Below are positions 7,133 to 10,135 of a stretch of DNA of 10,135 nucleotides, piece after piece. The stretch's first letter is position 1. Every line of letters begins with the position of its first letter. Below the pieces are notes generated by a model, which worked only from the letters and a program-made list of their open reading frames with translations, was not told where the DNA came from and searched no databases. Origin of the DNA: an uncultured archaeon (lineage in GTDB: Archaea; Iainarchaeota; Iainarchaeia; Iainarchaeales; CSSED10-239); NCBI GenBank assembly GCA_964463155.1, contig CAYXAY010000023.1, positions 1,166 to 11,300 of the forward strand. The letters are read 5' to 3'. The position numbers were made by a program, and so were the translations under genes.

Positions 7133-7331
7133 GAACACTCTTATAATAGGGATTATAATCATAATAGTGCTAGCTATTGTCGGTTTTTTGATATTTAACA
7201 ACAATAAAGTTGTTGACAATCAGACACAAATAGCAAACAGCCCAGAACTACAAACAGAATTAAATTCCCTAAATGAAACAGACAATCCGCTTACAACAGA
7301 GTATGAACCAGAGATAATAGATGTCCAGTAG
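7125..7331 (+). CDS. Small (68 aa) single-pass membrane protein with an acidic C-terminal segment, translationally coupled to the coiled-coil gene
   Basis: Its start overlaps the upstream stop by 8 nt (ATGAATAA). An SD-like GAGG lies 9 nt upstream. The N-terminal TM helix is TLIIGIIIIIVLAIVGFLIF, followed by a polar/acidic tail, ...ETDNPLTTEYEPEIIDVQ. An oligo-T tract follows directly. The ORF is short, so coding status is less certain. Confidence 0.55.
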   Translation: MNKNTLIIGIIIIIVLAIVGFLIFNNNKVVDNQTQIANSPELQTELNSLNETDNPLTTEYEPEIIDVQ

Positions 7332-7342
7332 GCATATTGGCA

Positions 7343-7368
7343 TTTATTTTCTTTTCTTTTTTCTTTTT
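7343..7368 (+). terminator. Oligo-T rich tract, candidate archaeal intrinsic terminator for the 662-7331 block
   Basis: The tract tttattttcttttcttttttcttttt begins 12 nt after the TAG at 7329-7331. It is the first long T-tract cluster after four closely packed genes. Archaeal RNA polymerase is known to terminate at oligo-T runs. Confidence 0.45.
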
Positions 7369-7395
7369 AAATTCCATTTATAAAAATTACTGTTC

Positions 7396-7403
7396 TATAA
7401 ATA
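7396..7403 (+). promoter_or_regulatory. TATA-box-like element (TATAAATA) upstream of tRNA-Gln
   Basis: It is centred ~24-25 nt upstream of tRNA position 1 (7424), which is the usual archaeal TATA-to-start distance. Confidence 0.4.
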
Positions 7404-7423
7404 TATATTAATCGACCGTTTGT

Positions 7424-7496
7424 AGCCCGATGGTGTAGTGGCCAAGCATGCAAGGCTTTGAACCTTGCGACAGGAGTTCGAATCTCTTTCGGGCTA
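7424..7496 (+). tRNA. tRNA-Gln (anticodon UUG), archaeal type, CCA not encoded
   Basis: Hand-folded cloverleaf. The acceptor stem AGCCCGA/TCGGGCT has 7 of 7 pairs, with discriminator A at 7496. The D arm is GTGT-agtggccaa-GCAT. The anticodon stem is CAAGG/CCTTG with loop CTTTGAA, and anticodon TTG lies at 7458-7460. The T arm is AGGAG-TTCGAAT-CTCTT. The 5' sequence AGCCCG.UGGUGUAGUGGCC and the A1:U72 pair match archaeal tRNA-Gln as I recall it from methanogens. Confidence 0.9.
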
Positions 7497-7539
7497 TTTC
7501 TTTAAATACATTTCTTTAAAGAAAATATATAGCGACAAA

Positions 7540-7614
7540 GGGAGTGTAGCTTAGCCTGGTTGGAGCACCCGACTGATAATCGGGCGGTCGCAGGTTCGAA
7601 TCCTGCCTCTCCCA
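7540..7614 (+). tRNA. tRNA-Ile (anticodon GAU), CCA not encoded
   Basis: Hand-folded cloverleaf. The acceptor stem GGGAGTG/CTCTCCC has 6 of 7 pairs, with a U6-U67 mismatch. The D arm is GCTT-agcctggttg-GAGC. The anticodon stem is CCCGA/TCGGG with loop CTGATAA, and anticodon GAT lies at 7575-7577. The variable loop is CGGTC. The T arm is GCAGG-TTCGAAT-CCTGC. The discriminator A is at 7614. Confidence 0.9.
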
Positions 7615-7628
7615 TTTTTAATCTTTTT
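7615..7628 (+). terminator. Oligo-T tracts (T5, then T5) immediately after tRNA-Ile
   Basis: TTTTTaatcTTTTT starts at the base after the discriminator. Confidence 0.35.
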
Positions 7629-7659
7629 CTTTCCATAAATATCTTTTGAGTGAAAAGAC

Positions 7660-8541
7660 ATGACTTCAGAACTTGAGATGTTATTAAACAAAGGATTCTC
7701 CATTGTTGGATGCCAGAAAAAAGAAACAGCAATACTAATGATACATGGTTTTGCATCTTCTCCAAAAGAGTTTGAACCATTATCTGAATATCTAAAGATT
7801 GAATATGATATTTATGCTCCAATACTTCCTGGGCATAAAACAAGCATTGCTGATTTCTGTAAAAAGAAACACACAGACTGGATAACCGCTGCAGAAAACA
7901 TCTATAATCATTTGCAAAAAAGCTATTCAAAAATAATACTTCTTGGCGTTTCTATGGGTGGAACAATCTGTCTTAACATCGCTTCAAGAAAAAACCCTTA
8001 CAAGATAATAACTGTGTCTTCGCCAATAGATTTCTTAGATTTCAACTTTGCGAAAGGAATATTAAGCGAATTACGTAACACAAAAATCACTGTTGCAACA
8101 ATTGTAAAAGGAATTAACGCATTGTCTGTTAAGGAAAAACAAGACAAGGAAAAGAAAAAGGAGGCAAGCATCGACAAGATAAAGATCGTTCTAAACAACA
8201 TATACAAAAAACTAAAAAAAGACATAATAAAAGTTGACAACGACATGTCTAGTTACATAGACACCTACGAAGACATATCCTACAATGCTGTTAAGGAAAT
8301 ATTTCTTCTAGTAAATAACACAAAACCAAAGCTTTCAAAAATCAAATGCGATATCTTGGTTATCCACAGTAGAGGCGACAAATTAATCCCAGTAAGCAAC
8401 TCCAGTGCAATAATTGCAGGAGTTACAAGCGATGATAGAGAACAGTTTGTTGTCACAAACTCCGCCCACAATGTCTTGATTGATGCAGAACACGAAAGGG
8501 TGTTTAAAAGAATTAAAGAGTTTATTCAAAGAACAAATTAA
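7660..8541 (+). CDS. Alpha/beta-hydrolase carboxylesterase (Est30/YvaK-like esterase / lysophospholipase family)
   Basis: 293-aa ORF. The oxyanion-hole region is AILMIHGFASSPKEF. The nucleophile elbow is LLGVSMGG, with Ser98 at nt 7951-7953. The acid residue is in VIHSRGDKLIP (Asp240). The catalytic His is in TNSAHNVLID (His270). A K/E-rich helical cap insert lies between them (aa ~155-215). Overall order and length resemble the Geobacillus Est30-type carboxylesterases as I recall them. Confidence 0.85.
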   Translation: MTSELEMLLNKGFSIVGCQKKETAILMIHGFASSPKEFEPLSEYLKIEYDIYAPILPGHKTSIADFCKKKHTDWITAAENIYNHLQKSYSKIILLGVSMGGTICLNIASRKNPYKIITVSSPIDFLDFNFAKGILSELRNTKITVATIVKGINALSVKEKQDKEKKKEASIDKIKIVLNNIYKKLKKDIIKVDNDMSSYIDTYEDISYNAVKEIFLLVNNTKPKLSKIKCDILVIHSRGDKLIPVSNSSAIIAGVTSDDREQFVVTNSAHNVLIDAEHERVFKRIKEFIQRTN

Positions 8542-8542
8542 T

Positions 8543-9028
8543 TTATTTTGTCTTTTCATTTACAAATGATAGGTTTGGAGTTATTATCTGTTTTTCATTG
8601 TCAAACCTTGCAGTTCCGATTACTTGATCTCCAAACACACAAGCAACAAAGCCACTAGAAAGAAGGCTTTTCTTTTTTATCTCAGAAACAGAAATGTTTT
8701 TTCCTGAAAAATAGTTTTTTGCTTGCTCCCTAGTAATCTCCACAGAATTTTGCTTTATCTTTTCTGCAGGAAAAAAGGAAAATCCAAGAGATGATGGCAC
8801 ATAGTTCTTGTAATTGGAGAATATCTCCAGTCCAAAGCTAACAACATAATTGGTGTTAAGTAATTTTTCAATAGTTCTTTTGTTTTCTTTTGAAAAAGAC
8901 AATATTGAAACAGACTGCCCAGAAATAGTAAAAAGATAATTATCAAAAAAATTCTTGTCAATGCCAAACCTTGATTCCAAGTAATTGACAAGCTTAGTCC
9001 TTGTCTTCTCATCTAATTTCTTTGTCAT
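8543..9028 (-). CDS. Stand-alone homologue of the C-terminal (PUA-like, RNA-binding) region of RsmF-type m5C methyltransferases; in frame with, and directly abutting, the upstream catalytic ORF
   Basis: 161-aa ORF whose ATG (9028..9026) immediately follows the TAA (9031..9029) of the methyltransferase ORF, in the same frame. EITREQAKNYFSGKNI and GFVACVFGDQVIGTARFDNEKQIITPNL resemble, from memory, the E. coli RsmF C-terminus (ELTPQEAEEWYRGRDV ... [25 protein letters not shown]). 316 + 161 aa is close to the ~480 aa of full-length RsmF. A weak AGGA lies 7 nt upstream of the ATG. Confidence 0.7.
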   Translation of the reverse strand: MTKKLDEKTRTKLVNYLESRFGIDKNFFDNYLFTISGQSVSILSFSKENKRTIEKLLNTNYVVSFGLEIFSNYKNYVPSSLGFSFFPAEKIKQNSVEITREQAKNYFSGKNISVSEIKKKSLLSSGFVACVFGDQVIGTARFDNEKQIITPNLSFVNEKTK

Positions 9029-9979
9029 TTATTGTTCCTTTTTTAGTTTGCATATGAAGAACCCTTCAATGTCTGCTTTGTGTGGCCATATCCTTAGTGC
9101 TTTTTTTAATTCCGGAGAGAAGTTTTTGTTTTTGTATTTGGTTAGGCCACTATCAGTTTTTAATCCAGAAATTGTAATTTCTTGGGAAAGAGCGGATTTT
9201 TCTTTTCTTAGAAGATAATCAACTACTTCTTCATTTTCTTCAGGCGACAATGTGCATGTTGAGTAAACCAAGACTCCTCCCGGCTTTAGTAAAGAAAATG
9301 CTTTTTCAAGTAATTTTTTTTGAAGCTCTGATTTTGAAGATACTTCGCGATTGCTCCAGTCCTTCAAGGAGTCAGGTTTCTTTCTTACTATTCCTTCACA
9401 AGAGCAAGGAGCGTCTAGAAGAATCTTATCAAATCTAATACCTAAGTCAAACCTAATGCCATCTTGGCAAGTGATTATGGTGTTTGTAACCCCTAGTCTT
9501 TTAATAGTAAACTTTAAAGTCTTAATTCTTTTCTTATCAACGTCGTTTGCCACAATCAGCCCTTTGTTGTTCATTATCTGTGCAAGTATTCCTGTCTTGT
9601 TACCAGGCGCAGCAGTCAAATCTAAAACAATGTCTTTTTCTTTTGGCTCAAGAACAAAAGCAGGAAGCATAGATGAAATTTCTTGTATCTGAAACAAACC
9701 AATATTCTGTTCAATGATGTTTCCAAGACCAGAAACAACCGATTTTACAAAATAGGCGTTTTCAAGATATTTTACTTTATCAATAACAATACCTTGTTCT
9801 TTTAGAAAAGAAATATCTATAGTCTTAAGAGTATTTACAATTAAAGACTTTGTTTGCCTTTTCTTACAGCACTCTAGAAACTCAGTTGCTTCCTTTTCAC
9901 CCAAGAGAGCAGTATATTTCTCAACAAACTCTTTTGGCAAATACACATTTCCCACACATAAATTAGATAATAAATACAT
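9029..9979 (-). CDS. rsmF: NOL1/NOP2/Sun-family RNA (cytosine-C5)-methyltransferase, RsmF-like N-terminal plus catalytic domains
   Basis: 316-aa ORF with the family motifs in order. These are VYLPKEFVEKY...SLIVNTLK (N-domain), LFQIQEISSMLP, the SAM motif I VLDLTAAPGNKT, motif IV ILLDAPCSCEGIVRKKPD with a catalytic Cys, motif VI LVYSTCTLSPEENEEVV with the second Cys, and the terminal IEGFFICKLKK. In an archaeon the true substrate could be tRNA (Trm4-like) rather than 16S rRNA, so the symbol denotes architecture only. Confidence 0.88.
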   Translation of the reverse strand: MYLLSNLCVGNVYLPKEFVEKYTALLGEKEATEFLECCKKRQTKSLIVNTLKTIDISFLKEQGIVIDKVKYLENAYFVKSVVSGLGNIIEQNIGLFQIQEISSMLPAFVLEPKEKDIVLDLTAAPGNKTGILAQIMNNKGLIVANDVDKKRIKTLKFTIKRLGVTNTIITCQDGIRFDLGIRFDKILLDAPCSCEGIVRKKPDSLKDWSNREVSSKSELQKKLLEKAFSLLKPGGVLVYSTCTLSPEENEEVVDYLLRKEKSALSQEITISGLKTDSGLTKYKNKNFSPELKKALRIWPHKADIEGFFICKLKKEQ

Positions 9980-10005
9980 TTAAAATAGCATACAAACCGA
10001 TAACA

Positions 10006-10013
10006 TATATAAA
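10006..10013 (-). promoter_or_regulatory. Consensus archaeal TATA box (TTTATATA on the minus strand) upstream of the methyltransferase gene
   Basis: Plus-strand tatataaa at 10006-10013 reads TTTATATA on the minus strand. It is centred ~30 nt upstream of the ATG at 9979. This predicts a transcript with a leader of only a few nt, and no SD is visible. Confidence 0.45.
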
Positions 10014-10068
10014 GTTTATGCCACCATAAGTTTTATTATAAACTTTTTTTTTTTAAATCTGATTTAAT

Positions 10069-10135
10069 ATGTTTGTATATCTGGTAGCAAAAAAGGAACA
10101 AGACTATGATCTTGATGACTTTGACTATGATGGAG
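10069..10135 (+). CDS. Possible 5' end (22 codons) of an unidentified gene running off the right edge
   Basis: The ATG at 10069 opens MFVYLVAKKEQDYDLDDFDYDG..., which stays open to the window end. A T11 run and TTTTAAAT lie just upstream, with TTATTATA ~32 nt upstream. The fragment is too short to assess coding potential or identity. Confidence 0.25.
   Translation, partial: MFVYLVAKKEQDYDLDDFDYDG

Noticed and set aside
7125-7200. Reading the 68-aa protein as an archaeal type IV pilin / class III signal-peptide protein
   Set aside because: The N-terminus MNKNTLIIGIII lacks the [K/R]-[G/A] prepilin-peptidase cleavage context before the hydrophobic stretch. A plain TM anchor is more likely.
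7502-7930. 142-aa minus-strand ORF
   Set aside because: It overlaps the whole tRNA-Ile gene and the 5' end of the esterase gene, so it is not credible as coding.
7998-8471. Minus-strand ORFs 7998-8246 and 8280-8471
   Set aside because: They are antisense to the esterase ORF, which has a complete Ser/Asp/His triad.
9029-9031. Possibility that the in-frame TAA means a recoded genetic code (TAA as a sense codon)
   Set aside because: TAA cleanly ends the well-delimited genes at 4184-4186, 5371-5373, 7130-7132 and 8539-8541, each followed by an intergenic signal or the next start. Global TAA reassignment does not fit this window.
8755-9692. ORFs 8755-9012 (-), 8985-9218 (+), 9250-9438 (+) and 9351-9692 (+)
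   Set aside because: They are out-of-frame or antisense overlaps of the RsmF-like ORFs, which carry all the conserved motifs.
1-10135. CRISPR arrays, IS elements, integrases, toxin-antitoxin pairs and att-like duplicates of the tRNA 3' ends
   Set aside because: None were seen by eye on either strand. The only DNA-level repeats found are the short AT-rich motifs reported above. The visual scan is not exhaustive.

Overview
This is a strongly AT-rich, gene-dense fragment that reads as archaeal, probably from a small-genome DPANN-type lineage. That placement is inference, based on four things: an archaeal-type tRNA-Gln (A1:U72, 5'-AGCCCGAUGGUGUAGUGGCC), no encoded CCA on either tRNA, TTTATATA-type TATA boxes about 25-30 nt upstream of starts with oligo-T tracts after transcription units, and a geranylgeranyl-reductase gene.

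Contents from left to right:
- (1) The 5' part of a TraB/PrgY-family gene on the minus strand, running off the left edge. It is absent from the ORF track.
- (2) A tightly packed co-directional four-gene block, 662-7331, on the plus strand. It encodes a 1174-aa heavily sequon-decorated type I membrane surface protein built of Ig/FN3-like modules, a geranylgeranyl-reductase-family flavoprotein, a 580-aa secreted coiled-coil protein whose N-terminal two-thirds carries eight regularly placed cysteines, and an overlapping 68-aa single-pass membrane micro-protein.
- (3) tRNA-Gln(UUG) and tRNA-Ile(GAU).
- (4) An Est30/YvaK-like alpha/beta-hydrolase carboxylesterase.
- (5) On the minus strand, an RsmF-like NOL1/NOP2/Sun m5C RNA methyltransferase. 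A single in-frame TAA, immediately followed by ATG, splits it into a 316-aa catalytic ORF and a 161-aa C-terminal-domain ORF.
- (6) The first 22 codons of a possible plus-strand gene at the right edge.

I saw no CRISPR array, transposase, integrase or rRNA.

The most interesting candidate is the envelope block at 662-7331. Three of its four products are extracytoplasmic or membrane proteins that I cannot assign to a named family. The RsmF-like gene fission is the second notable item.

All family calls rest on motif recognition by eye. No database search was possible.
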